A stretch of DNA of 32,002 nucleotides from Pseudomonadota bacterium (GCA_039714615.1 JBDLIZ010000002.1:1-32002), one strand, 5' to 3'. Counted from the stretch's first letter, positions 15,205 to 24,798 are shown. The notes: generated by a model not told the origin, from the sequence alone. A program made the numbers and translations.

Positions 15205-18200
15205 TTAAGCTTCCTCCCCACTCACCCGCCGCCATTGAGACTGCAGGCGTTTGGCGGAAATGGGAATGGATGTCTTAAGGGCTTGAGCAAAGAGGGATAC
15301 CCGAAACTCTTCCAACATCCAGCGATATTGAGTCAATTCATCGTCGTTATTTATTTTATCTTGTTGGTCCTGCCGGACTTTTTTGTATCTCCCCCAGAAC
15401 GGCAATATCTCAGCTCGCAGCCCACAGTCCTTCTCCGGGACACGCTGAAGCTTGTCAAGTCGGATACCTATCGCCCTCAAATACCGTGGTATGTATTCCA
15501 ACCACCGTGGCGGTGTGTTGAGGATAAAATCATCATGAATAAGATACCCTAGCTGTTCTTTGACATCGCTGATGACCTCTTTATGCAGACCCAAGGCATC
15601 GTCTTGCAGACGCAGGCGCAGAGTGTGATACTGGTCAAGTATGGTCGAAAGCAACTCACACAACCGGTTTGCTGTGGGGATCAATTTAGACCTACCCGCC
15701 TCAAGACGCTGCAAGAATTCGTCCCGACTCGTCGGTGGCCCCCCATCATGTAGAAATACCCTGTCGAACACCGCTTCGACGATCTCAGTTTTCATCGAAT
15801 CACAGCGACCCAGCGGCTGAAAGTGCATACACAAGGTCTGCGCATGGGGAAGATTTTTTTGCAGATATTTAGCCTGATCTTGAAGCTTGAGCAGATAAAG
15901 TCGGCGGATGCCTTTGCGACTTTCCTGGTTTGCCTTGCGGGCCGTATCATAGTGACACAAATCCACACTATTACCCCGATCCACTACCGCTCGATAAGCG
16001 AAAGCGCGGATTCCAGCCTGCTCGATCTCCACGGGTTCCGTAAGCCCGCCGAAGTCCCAATCGGTCATTGCGCTGCGCTCCATGTCTGCGGTCAATGTGG
16101 CGCTGAAACTGTGCAAGACCTGTTCGGCAAGTTTATTCTGCAACTGTCTCAGATCACGACCAGTACCCAGCGTATCCCCTTGGATATCGACAATCTCAAA
16201 ACGCATGCGCAGGTGATCGGGGACAGCATCGGGACGCCAGTCATGTGCAGTAACGCGAATGCCAGTCATTCGTTGCAACTCCAGGCTCAGGCGTTCGATC
16301 AAAGATCCCTCGTAAGGCAACATGGCCTCGATACAGGCTCGGGCGAAGTCTGGTGCGGGGACGAAATTTCTACGCAGCGGCTTGCTTAGACCCTTGATCA
16401 GTGCCACGACCTTCTCTTTGAGCAAACCGGGTACTAGCCATTCACAGTGGCGCGGATCAAGCTGGTTCAACAATGCTAGGGGCACCGTCAAGGTCACACC
16501 ATCGCGTTCATCACCGGGTTCGAAATGGTAATTCAACGCCAGTGAAGTGTTCGCTGTAACCATCCGATCGGGATAGTGTTGCTGCGTCCCCAAAATTGCC
16601 CCATCACAGATAAGTTGCGCACGGGTCAGGTAGAGCTTGGGCTCCTCACCACTGGTCTTCAGCCACTTTTCAAAGGCCTTACCACTGTAGATCTGCGATG
16701 GAATTCTTGCATCATAAAATCCGTACAGAATAGCATCACTAGCCAAGATATCGTGTCTGCGAGCCTTGGCCTCTTGTTGCATGATCTCGGCCACGAGGGC
16801 GTGATTATGTTGAAAAAACCCGGCACGCGTCTTGAAACGCCCACCAATCAATGCCTCTCGAATGAAGATCTCCCGAGCCTCAACAGGGGCTATCGGACCG
16901 TAGTTGATCCGCCTGCGTGGGACCAGCACCAGACCATATAGGGTAACCTTTTCAAAGGCGCCTACCTGGGCGGCGCGAGATTGCCAATGGGGCTCAAAGT
17001 GGTCACTCCTGCTCAGATGACGTGCAGCTTCCACAACCCAATGTGGCTCGATACTTGCCACCGTCCGCGCAAACAAACGACTGGTTTCGACAAGCTCTGC
17101 GGCCATAATCCATTTGGGCGGTTTTCCATGGAGCCCAGAACCGGGAAACACCCAGAATCTTCGATTGCGGGTGCCTTGATAGCCGTTTTTCTCATCCTTA
17201 AAACCGATGTGGCTTAGCAGACCAGTGAGCAGAGCCTTGTGTATCGCGGCATAATCTGCAGCTTTATTATTAACACTCGCCCCTAGCCCGGATACCCTAT
17301 TACACAACTGCCCATGAATGTCCTGCCATTCGAACACCCGGGTGACCGAAAGAAAATACTCCCGGCATAGCTTGCGAAATTTGGACTTCGATAAATGTTT
17401 ACGCTGCTCGCGCAAAAACTCCCACAATTTGATGAAACTCAGAAAATCAGAACGTGGGTCCTGAAAGCGTTTCTGTTTTTGGTCTGCGGTTTCTCGCCGA
17501 TCCAAGGGCCGTTCTCGAGGATCCTGTGCCGCAAGCGCACTGACGATGATAAGAACCTCCCGCAGACAATGCCCCTCGACCGCGGCGAGAACCGTCCTTC
17601 CCAGGCGAGGATCCACCGGCAGGCGGCTCAACTTCCTGCCGGTCTCCGTGAGCCTGCGACCTTGATCAATAGCCTGCAATTCCTCGAGCAGTTTATACCC
17701 ATCATTGATCAACCGCGCGTCTGGCGGATCCAGGAATGGAAACGATTCCACCTCACCGAGCCGCAGGTGATTCATTTGTAAAATGACTGATGCCAGGTTG
17801 GTGCGCAGTATCTCGGGGGGGGTATACTCAGGGCGGTTCTCGAAATCCCGCTCTGAGTACAATCTAATGCATACTCCAGGCGAGGTACGGCCACAACGAC
17901 CCGCGCGTTGATGTGCAGCGGCCTGTGATATGGGCTCTATCGGCAGCCGTTGCACCTTGCTGCGCGCACTATAGTGACTAATCCGGGCCGTGCCGCTATC
18001 AATAATATACTTGATACCAGGGACAGTGAGGGAGGTCTCCGCCACATTGGTCGCCAGCACAATCCGCCGCCCTGAATGCGGCTGGAACACCCGGTTTTGC
18101 TCTGCAAACGACAAACGGGCATAGAGTGGAAGAATCTCGGCGCCTTTGGGATGATGTTTTCTCAGCGCCTCGGCAAGCTCACGTATCTGGCGCTCACCGG

Positions 18201-19080
18201 GTAAAAATATCAATATATCTCCGGGCCCCAATCGGCTCAGTTCATCGACGGCATCGAGTATGCCTTGTTGCAGATCACGCTGTTCACCCTCGGTATCAGG
18301 CGACAAAGGTCGATAGCGCACATCCACGGGATAGCCCCGGCCAGAGACCTCGATGATCGGTGCGGCCTTGAAATAGCTTGCAAAGCTGTGCGGATCTATC
18401 GTCGCGGAGGTAATGATGAGCTTGAGATCCGGTCGCTTGGGCAATATCTGACTCAAATAGCCCAGCAGAAAATCGATATTGAGGCTACGCTCGTGCGCCT
18501 CATCTATGATGATGGTATCGTATCGAAACAATAGCCTATCATGCTGAATCTCGGCCAGAACGATACCGTCGGTCATCAGTTTGATATAGGCCCCCGCCCC
18601 AAGCTGGTCGTTAAATCGGACCTTGTAACCAACCGCATCACCCAGGGGTGAACCGAGCTCTTCGGCAATGCGCGTCGCCACGCTGCGTGCGGCGATACGA
18701 CGCGGCTGGGTATGCCCGATCAAACCGGTCACTCCCCGACCAGCCTCCAGACACATCTTAGGCAGCTGAGTCGTCTTGCCAGAACCGGTTTCACCACAAA
18801 CGATAACTACCTGATGATCGATAATGGACTGCACAATATCACCGCGCTTGCCCGTAATCGGCAGATCCGCTGGAAATGCAAGCCGGGGGAGGAGAGCACG
18901 CCGTTGGTTCAAGCGACCGTGCGAAGCGGAAATATCCTCCTGAAGCTGGGCCAGGCGCTTGGTCCGCGCCGCCGCACCTGCCTTTACCAGCCGCCGCAAC
19001 CGACGATGTAACGCGGGTCGGTCTGTTAGCATACAACCGGAGATTAAGCGCTGAAGTTGATCGATGGTCGGCTCAGCCAA
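15205..19080 (-). CDS. hrpA: ATP-dependent RNA helicase HrpA (DEAH-box)
   Basis: 1,291 aa with GETGSGKTTQLP (motif I), DEAHERS (motif II), SATID, and a long HrpA-type C-terminal extension. The N-terminus aligns with E. coli HrpA (..LMLRDR..RRL..). The start is TTG with AAAGG upstream. Confidence 0.95.
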   Translation of the reverse strand: MAEPTIDQLQRLISGCMLTDRPALHRRLRRLVKAGAAARTKRLAQLQEDISASHGRLNQRRALLPRLAFPADLPITGKRGDIVQSIIDHQVVIVCGETGSGKTTQLPKMCLEAGRGVTGLIGHTQPRRIAARSVATRIAEELGSPLGDAVGYKVRFNDQLGAGAYIKLMTDGIVLAEIQHDRLLFRYDTIIIDEAHERSLNIDFLLGYLSQILPKRPDLKLIITSATIDPHSFASYFKAAPIIEVSGRGYPVDVRYRPLSPDTEGEQRDLQQGILDAVDELSRLGPGDILIFLPGERQIRELAEALRKHHPKGAEILPLYARLSFAEQNRVFQPHSGRRIVLATNVAETSLTVPGIKYIIDSGTARISHYSARSKVQRLPIEPISQAAAHQRAGRCGRTSPGVCIRLYSERDFENRPEYTPPEILRTNLASVILQMNHLRLGEVESFPFLDPPDARLINDGYKLLEELQAIDQGRRLTETGRKLSRLPVDPRLGRTVLAAVEGHCLREVLIIVSALAAQDPRERPLDRRETADQKQKRFQDPRSDFLSFIKLWEFLREQRKHLSKSKFRKLCREYFLSVTRVFEWQDIHGQLCNRVSGLGASVNNKAADYAAIHKALLTGLLSHIGFKDEKNGYQGTRNRRFWVFPGSGLHGKPPKWIMAAELVETSRLFARTVASIEPHWVVEAARHLSRSDHFEPHWQSRAAQVGAFEKVTLYGLVLVPRRRINYGPIAPVEAREIFIREALIGGRFKTRAGFFQHNHALVAEIMQQEAKARRHDILASDAILYGFYDARIPSQIYSGKAFEKWLKTSGEEPKLYLTRAQLICDGAILGTQQHYPDRMVTANTSLALNYHFEPGDERDGVTLTVPLALLNQLDPRHCEWLVPGLLKEKVVALIKGLSKPLRRNFVPAPDFARACIEAMLPYEGSLIERLSLELQRMTGIRVTAHDWRPDAVPDHLRMRFEIVDIQGDTLGTGRDLRQLQNKLAEQVLHSFSATLTADMERSAMTDWDFGGLTEPVEIEQAGIRAFAYRAVVDRGNSVDLCHYDTARKANQESRKGIRRLYLLKLQDQAKYLQKNLPHAQTLCMHFQPLGRCDSMKTEIVEAVFDRVFLHDGGPPTSRDEFLQRLEAGRSKLIPTANRLCELLSTILDQYHTLRLRLQDDALGLHKEVISDVKEQLGYLIHDDFILNTPPRWLEYIPRYLRAIGIRLDKLQRVPEKDCGLRAEILPFWGRYKKVRQDQQDKINNDDELTQYRWMLEEFRVSLFAQALKTSIPISAKRLQSQWRRVSGEEA

Positions 19081-19150
19081 GGGAACCTTTCTGTATGGAC
19101 AAGTAAGTATGATTGACGTATGTTGTGAGCGAGTAGCTCATTCTAGTGCT

Positions 19151-19203
19151 CTAGGAGTCTGTCGGATTTAGGCGATGGTCGCGAGGAAAAGACGGGTTTA
19201 GGG
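19151..19203 (-). mobile_element. Truncated (about 53-bp) copy of the palindromic MITE-like element, terminal-inverted-repeat end only
   Basis: CTAGGAGTCTGTCGGATTTAGGCGATGGTCGCGAGGAAAAGACGGGTTTAGGG matches the reverse complement of the right end of the 23147-23315 copy (CTAGGAGGCTATCGGATTTAGGCGATCGTAGCGAGGGAAAGGCAGTTTGAGG). Confidence 0.75.
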
Positions 19204-19674
19204 ATGCACGGTATACCTGATCACCAACATATTCAAGTCGCTGTAATCCCCTTCAGAGTACGCCAGGGGCAACAGGAGATTTTGTTGGTCACGGCCCGCA
19301 AAAAGCAGCATTGGACGCTTCCCAAAGGAGACTACAATGATGATCTTTCCATGCAGGAGATCGCAAAAATCAAGGCCTTTCAGGAGGCCGGTATCAAGGG
19401 TAATGTCTCCGAGTCATGCATCGGTGTCTACCAATACCTCAAGAATGCGACCCCCTACCGGGTCTACGTCTTCGTCATGGAGGTCCACGGGATCCTGGAT
19501 CAGGCGTACCAGAAGAAACGCCGTCGAAAATGGTTACCCCTGCACCAGGCGATCGGCGAGATCAAACAGCGAGATTTACGCCTCATGATTCGACATCTCC
19601 CTGAGTTTTTAATCGAAGCCGAACTCAAAGAGCTCATCGGGCATCTCCCGATTTTCACGCGATTCAAAAGCTGA
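19204..19674 (+). CDS. Nudix-fold protein with a degenerate Nudix box
   Basis: 156 aa with the family-typical layout VAVIPFR...ILLVTARKKQHWTLPKG...AG.KG. The Nudix-box positions REx2EE read IKAFQE. Confidence 0.7.
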   Translation: MHGIPDHQHIQVAVIPFRVRQGQQEILLVTARKKQHWTLPKGDYNDDLSMQEIAKIKAFQEAGIKGNVSESCIGVYQYLKNATPYRVYVFVMEVHGILDQAYQKKRRRKWLPLHQAIGEIKQRDLRLMIRHLPEFLIEAELKELIGHLPIFTRFKS

Positions 19675-19737
19675 TAACCCCAAATACAAGAACTGCCAGC
19701 AGGGACTGGCCCCCTCATCTTACGGAGGAAATACGAG

Positions 19738-20493
19738 GTGTTCCCCCCACGATTGACATTCATTACCTACAACCTCTGGGGATCTAATCGCTGGCCCGAG
19801 CGAGCGGAGGCGCTACGCCAATTTGTCAATCTCTTCTCTCCCGATATCCTTTGTATTCAGGAACTCAGCGAACAAACCCGGACGGTTCTGGACCAGATCA
19901 TGCCTCGGCATGAGCGCGTTGAGGACGAATTGCCCGGTTGGCGCTGCGAAAGCAACATCTACTGGAATGGTGATCTTCTCGAAGAACTCGAACATGGCGC
20001 TGAAGATATTGGTCTTCTGGAAGCACATCGGCGATTTTTCTGGGTAAGACTGGCCCTGCGCGATCGCCGGCAATCCATCTTTGTCGGCACGGCCCATTTT
20101 ACCGCACAAAGCCATGGACCAGAGATCGATACCGGTTTTTCTCCCCGCCCAGGATATACCCGCAGGATTATCAGCGCCCTGCAGCGACTGGTCGGGACAG
20201 ATGAGCCGGCATTTATCATGGGAGATTTCAATGATCCGGTGATCCCCACGCGTCTGCTGCACGCCTGTGGTTACATCAGCTGTTTCTCCGCTCTTGGCAT
20301 GCCGCCTCCCCCCACCTGGAAATGCTACCCCACTGCCAATGTTGCCGCTGGAGCAGCGGTAATCACCCAATGCGTCGACTGGATCGTGGCCAATAAACAT
20401 GCTCGGGCCCTCTGCGCCCAATCACCACGCTGCTATCATGGTGATATAGCACCCTCCGACCACTGGCCGGTACAGGCCGTTTATCAGATCTGA
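19738..20493 (+). CDS. Endonuclease/exonuclease/phosphatase (EEP) family protein
   Basis: 251 aa with a GTG start preceded by GGAGGA. Motifs include TYNLWG, DILCIQEL, GDFN and a C-terminal SDHWPV. Confidence 0.85.
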   Translation: MFPPRLTFITYNLWGSNRWPERAEALRQFVNLFSPDILCIQELSEQTRTVLDQIMPRHERVEDELPGWRCESNIYWNGDLLEELEHGAEDIGLLEAHRRFFWVRLALRDRRQSIFVGTAHFTAQSHGPEIDTGFSPRPGYTRRIISALQRLVGTDEPAFIMGDFNDPVIPTRLLHACGYISCFSALGMPPPPTWKCYPTANVAAGAAVITQCVDWIVANKHARALCAQSPRCYHGDIAPSDHWPVQAVYQI

Positions 20494-20603
20494 GATCTTA
20501 TGAAATTAAATAGCGAATGACAAAATCATGAATAAAACCCATCCGTCATAGATATAGTAGCCGCTGCGATATCTACGCCCCATCAAACCCCTTCAACGTC
20601 ACG

Positions 20604-21383
20604 ATGCTCATCCTGCTATCACCCGCGAAAAAACTCGATTACGAAACGCCTGCCACTATTGCGCATTACACCCAGCCTGATCTATTGGATGATGCCGAAT
20701 ATCTCATCAATAAGCTGAAAAAACTGTCTTCCAGGCAGCTCGCTAACATGATGAAGATCAGCCCGTCCCTGGCACATTTAAACCACCAACGCTACCAGGG
20801 ATTCTATACCCCGTTCACACTCCAAAATGCCAAACAGGCACTCTTGGTATTCAAAGGTGAGGTATACATGGGCCTTGATGCGCAAACCCTTACCGAGGCT
20901 GAATTACTCTACACCCAAAATCATTTGCGGATTCTCTCCGGGCTTTACGGTCTGCTCAAACCCCTGGATCTGATACAGCCCTACCGGCTAGAGATGGGCA
21001 GCCGCTTTTCCGTAACCGCAAAAAAAACCAATCTCTATCTCTACTGGGGAAACAGAATTACCGAGGCCGTAAACAAGGCCCTGAAGGCGCAGGGGGATGA
21101 TGTGCTGATCAATCTGGCTTCTAATGAATATTTCAAGGCGGCGAAAGACAGTAAGCTCCTGGGGCACATTATCACACCGACCTTCATGGATCTTAAGAAT
21201 GGTCAATACAAACCTATATTTTTATGGGTCAAACAGGCCCGGGGGATGATGGCCAGATATATTATTGAAAACACCTTGAGCGATCCTGAGCAAATCAAGG
21301 AATTCGACAAAAAAGGTTATCGCTACAACGCCGAAATGAGCACATCGACGCGATGGGTATTCACCCGAGACGAGGTTCAATGA
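20604..21383 (+). CDS. yaaA: Peroxide stress protein YaaA (UPF0246/DUF328)
   Basis: 259 aa with N-terminus MLILLSPAKKLDYE and the ..GLYGLLKPLDLIQPYRLEMG.. motif characteristic of YaaA. Confidence 0.9.
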   Translation: MLILLSPAKKLDYETPATIAHYTQPDLLDDAEYLINKLKKLSSRQLANMMKISPSLAHLNHQRYQGFYTPFTLQNAKQALLVFKGEVYMGLDAQTLTEAELLYTQNHLRILSGLYGLLKPLDLIQPYRLEMGSRFSVTAKKTNLYLYWGNRITEAVNKALKAQGDDVLINLASNEYFKAAKDSKLLGHIITPTFMDLKNGQYKPIFLWVKQARGMMARYIIENTLSDPEQIKEFDKKGYRYNAEMSTSTRWVFTRDEVQ

Positions 21384-21398
21384 GGGGCTAGCCCCTCA
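21381..21398. terminator. Perfect 18-bp palindrome TGAGGGGCTAGCCCCTCA between convergent genes; possible bidirectional terminator hairpin
   Basis: The palindrome contains the yaaA stop (TGA 21381-83) and the redoxin stop (TCA 21396-98 on +). There is no flanking T-tract, so terminator function is uncertain. Confidence 0.4.
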
Positions 21399-21926
21399 TT
21401 CCAGCTGCCGGTCTTTGCCGACTCTGACCTGTCCAGCCCACCAAAGACGCACGCGTAGGCCCATCTCCGTGGTGTAACCCACCTCGGAAAACCGAATGTC
21501 TCCCTGCCCATCTATCACGAAGCTTGCGGGCACCCCCACGACCCCGTAGCGTCGCGCCAGGACACCCTCTTCGTCTATAATGACTGGAAAATGCAGGCTG
21601 TGCTCGACCAGGTACTGAGATACTTCCGCGGCATTACCTGACTGCATAGCCACGGTAACTACCGGCCAGTCCTTGGCAATCTCCGTGATACTGTTCTGCT
21701 CCAGTCGGCACACCGGACACCAAGTGGCCCAGAAATACAATAAAAGCGGTGCCCCTCGATCGTCGGACATATTGAAATGCGCGCCGTCGATTTGCTGAGC
21801 AGCGAAAACCGGGGCCTCGCCATGAATCATGCCTCTGTGCTGCCAGGCCCTCAAGCTGAGGTATAATCCAATAAAGAACAGGATCTCCACCGACCATATA
21901 AGCCATTTGGGATAACGACGTAACAT
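21396..21926 (-). CDS. Membrane-anchored TlpA/DsbE-like thiol:disulfide oxidoreductase (redoxin)
   Basis: 176 aa with an N-terminal TM helix (WLIWSVEILFFIGLYLSL) and a thioredoxin-fold active site, FWATWCPVCRLE. Confidence 0.85.
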   Translation of the reverse strand: MLRRYPKWLIWSVEILFFIGLYLSLRAWQHRGMIHGEAPVFAAQQIDGAHFNMSDDRGAPLLLYFWATWCPVCRLEQNSITEIAKDWPVVTVAMQSGNAAEVSQYLVEHSLHFPVIIDEEGVLARRYGVVGVPASFVIDGQGDIRFSEVGYTTEMGLRVRLWWAGQVRVGKDRQLE

Positions 21927-22066
21927 GAATTAACGTGCAGTATTTGTGGCGGTGAATTTGTCTATATAATTAAAATGATCGCTTCGCAGCTGAAACGATA
22001 TTAGAAGCAGTTTTTATCCTCTGATAACATACGCCCCATGAATTGCAAATTAAAGAACCCGCAGCA

Positions 22067-23122
22067 ATGAGTGCAATGACATCCCGAGCATATATTCCTC
22101 GATTTGAGATCCCGAAGACATCAATTATCGACGCTCAGACCCCCCATTTCACCGGGAAAAAGCGTCTTGATATGATCAACCACATCAAGCGCCTACTCAA
22201 AGCACAAGACGCGGTATTAGTAGCTCATTACTACACCGACAAGGACCTGCAACAAGTCGCCGACGAGACCGGTGGTTACGTATCCGATTCACTGGATATG
22301 GCACGATTCGGCAATGAGCACCCAGCCACTACCTTGGTCGTAGCCGGGGTACGTTTCATGGGAGAAACCGCCAAGATCCTCAACCCGGAAAAACGGGTCT
22401 TAATGCCCACCCTTGAGGCCACCTGCTCACTGGATATGAGTTGTCCGGCTGAAGCCTTCAACCCCTATTGTGACCAACACCCGGACCATACGGTGGTCGT
22501 TTACGCCAACACCGGCGCCGCGGTAAAGGCACGTGCCGACTGGGTGGTTACCTCCAGTATCGGGGTAAGGGTGATTTCTCATCTTATGGATGAGGGCAAG
22601 AAGATACTCTGGGCCCCGGACAAACATCTGGGTCGCTACATCCAGAAGGTCACGGGTGCGGACATGATACTCTGGCAAGGCACTTGTATCGTCCATGAGG
22701 AATTCAAGGCAAGCGCATTGCGCAAGCTCATGCAAAAACATCCAGAGGCGGGTGTATTGGTCCATCCCGAATCCCCCGAGGAAGTCATCGACCTGGCCGA
22801 TGTCGTAGGTTCGACGACTGCATTGATCAAGGCCGCACATGATCTGCCCAATAACGAGTTCATCGTCGCTACGGACAGAGGTATTTTCTACAAGATGCGC
22901 CAAGCCGCCCCAGGCAAAACCTTTATCGAGGCCCCAACAGGCGGCGAAGGCGCTACTTGCATCAGCTGTGCTCACTGCCCATGGATGGCTATGAATGGCC
23001 TGCACAATCTAGCCCATACCTTGGAAACGGGTACCAATGAGATCCATGTCGATGAGCCGGTACGCCTCAAGGCGCTGCGCTCTACCCAGCGCATGCTGGA
23101 TTTTGTCCGTAACCACGCCTAG
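22067..23122 (+). CDS. nadA: Quinolinate synthase NadA
   Basis: Colinear with E. coli NadA: [57 protein letters not shown]. The start is set at the ATG (MSAMTSR) rather than the upstream TTG. Confidence 0.95.
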   Translation: MSAMTSRAYIPRFEIPKTSIIDAQTPHFTGKKRLDMINHIKRLLKAQDAVLVAHYYTDKDLQQVADETGGYVSDSLDMARFGNEHPATTLVVAGVRFMGETAKILNPEKRVLMPTLEATCSLDMSCPAEAFNPYCDQHPDHTVVVYANTGAAVKARADWVVTSSIGVRVISHLMDEGKKILWAPDKHLGRYIQKVTGADMILWQGTCIVHEEFKASALRKLMQKHPEAGVLVHPESPEEVIDLADVVGSTTALIKAAHDLPNNEFIVATDRGIFYKMRQAAPGKTFIEAPTGGEGATCISCAHCPWMAMNGLHNLAHTLETGTNEIHVDEPVRLKALRSTQRMLDFVRNHA

Positions 23123-23146
23123 GCGGATAGGCACTTTCAGCCCTGC

Positions 23147-23315
23147 CTAGGAAGCTGTCGGATTTAGGACTGATCTACTGCGGAAAAGCCGGATTTGGAC
23201 AGATTTCCCGATCCTTTTCGTTAAATAGCTAAGGCTATTCGCCTCAAAGGATCGAAAAATCTGCCTCAAACTGCCTTTCCCTCGCTACGATCGCCTAAAT
23301 CCGATAGCCTCCTAG
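23147..23315 (+). mobile_element. Full-length 169-bp palindromic MITE-like / REP-like element with about 22-bp terminal inverted repeats
   Basis: The ends CTAGGAAGCTGTCGGATTTAGG and CCTAAATCCGATAGCCTCCTAG are inverted repeats, and the interior is an imperfect long palindrome. Related copies lie at 19151-19203 and 31852-31996. Confidence 0.85.
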
Positions 23316-23443
23316 AAACAGAACGAGCATGCTCAGCGCTCGAAATCTACGATCAACGGTACAGTGAAGTCGTTAGGATATCTTTAAAATAGAATGTTCG
23401 CGCTAATCCTTACAGTCAAGAAACAAAAAAATCCCTGTTAGGG

Positions 23444-24700
23444 ATGCTACCGTGGCCAGTAGCTCAGCCGCCCGCAGGATCGTTTAAGCTGAGTATGATA
23501 TCCAACGCCAGACACAAGGCACCTAATCCGCTTTCTCCCGATGCATTTTGTCAGCTTGTAAAAGCCCTGCCTCCCGATAAGATATCGACCCTCCCCTTAG
23601 ATCGGCTACCCACGAATATCCCGGCCGATATGGGTGCTAACTTACCCCCGGCATCCCGTGCTGCTGTTGAGCATTTGTTGCATACAGCCTATTCTTCCCG
23701 TCAAATCCAGAGCCAAGAGAAAGAGCACAGCCTGAGGGACGAAGTAGTCACTATGCTCAAAAAGGCAAGTCTTCTGGAGGACAACATTAAGGTCAAGGTT
23801 TTTAAGGGAAAGGTCGGCAACCTGATTCAGATGCTGTCGCACTCCCGCAACGATACAAGCCAAGTCTACACCAAACGAATCGAAAAAAATCTCGGACATA
23901 TCAATAATTTATTATTCGACGTCAATAGTGAGTACGGCAGCTTTCTCGAAATGATCAAGAATCTCGAGCAAATCAATGCCAGCAACGATGCCGAAACAAG
24001 AACACTTGACATCAGTATCGATCGGTTACGACGCCAGTCGAATAGAATAACTCGGCTGTTAGGAGAATATTATCTCCTCAGGTTCAAAATCAGCATTCGT
24101 GCCATCCAAAGAAAGATCAGACAGATCGAGGATCAAGACCCATCGCTGACGAGTAAGAAGCGAGAACTCGGTACCCTATGTAAACGAATGGATGCCACTC
24201 AGAGTTTATGGAAACGCCTGTTCAGAAAACCCCGGGCAAGACAAGAATATAAAACGCTACAGGAGCGCATCGCTGCGCTGGTGAGTGAAATCAAGGTTCT
24301 TCAAGTCGTCATTGTTGAGAGCGATCTCACCAGATGGTTGGATGCGATCCATGATGCCAGCCTCAATCCATACTCAAGAAACCGTGTCTCGAAATCGACA
24401 CAAGAGGCCCATGTCGCACTGCGACGTATCCTCACCCGATATTGCACACTGCAGGAGGATACTGCGCTACAGATAGCCCACACCCCCTTTCTAGAGGACA
24501 CACCGAAATTCGCCATTGATTCCTTATTGACATCGGAACAATCGACGCTCCATTATTTCATCCGAGATAAAAAAGGCATCCATCCTTGGTTTGTTGATGA
24601 AGCCCAAAAAAAGCTGAAGGCGTTGAAGCGCCTGCGCAAGCGAACCTTCGCGGAGCTGCGCCGCACGAGTAAGGTCTATCGTCGAGTAGCGCAGGAATAG
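23444..24700 (+). CDS. Hypothetical protein: Pro-rich N-terminus, long coiled-coil-like body, basic C-terminus
   Basis: 418-aa ORF; an alternative ATG at 23495 gives 401 aa. No recognisable catalytic or binding motif. It has heptad-like Leu/Ile/Lys/Glu-rich stretches and a C-terminal KKLKALKRLRKRTFAELRR. Confidence 0.6.
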   Translation: MLPWPVAQPPAGSFKLSMISNARHKAPNPLSPDAFCQLVKALPPDKISTLPLDRLPTNIPADMGANLPPASRAAVEHLLHTAYSSRQIQSQEKEHSLRDEVVTMLKKASLLEDNIKVKVFKGKVGNLIQMLSHSRNDTSQVYTKRIEKNLGHINNLLFDVNSEYGSFLEMIKNLEQINASNDAETRTLDISIDRLRRQSNRITRLLGEYYLLRFKISIRAIQRKIRQIEDQDPSLTSKKRELGTLCKRMDATQSLWKRLFRKPRARQEYKTLQERIAALVSEIKVLQVVIVESDLTRWLDAIHDASLNPYSRNRVSKSTQEAHVALRRILTRYCTLQEDTALQIAHTPFLEDTPKFAIDSLLTSEQSTLHYFIRDKKGIHPWFVDEAQKKLKALKRLRKRTFAELRRTSKVYRRVAQE

Positions 24701-24798
24701 TGATTCGTGTTGAGATTTTACGATTGAAGATTACTCAAAGACAGACTGAAGATGAGATCTAAAATAGGTAAGGAATGGGTATATTGCTGAACAATTCC

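Noticed and set aside
23118-23146. A possible extra partial repeat copy (CCTAGGCGGATAGGC) between the nadA stop and the full MITE-like element
   Set aside because: Similarity to the element terminus is too short and gapped to distinguish from chance.
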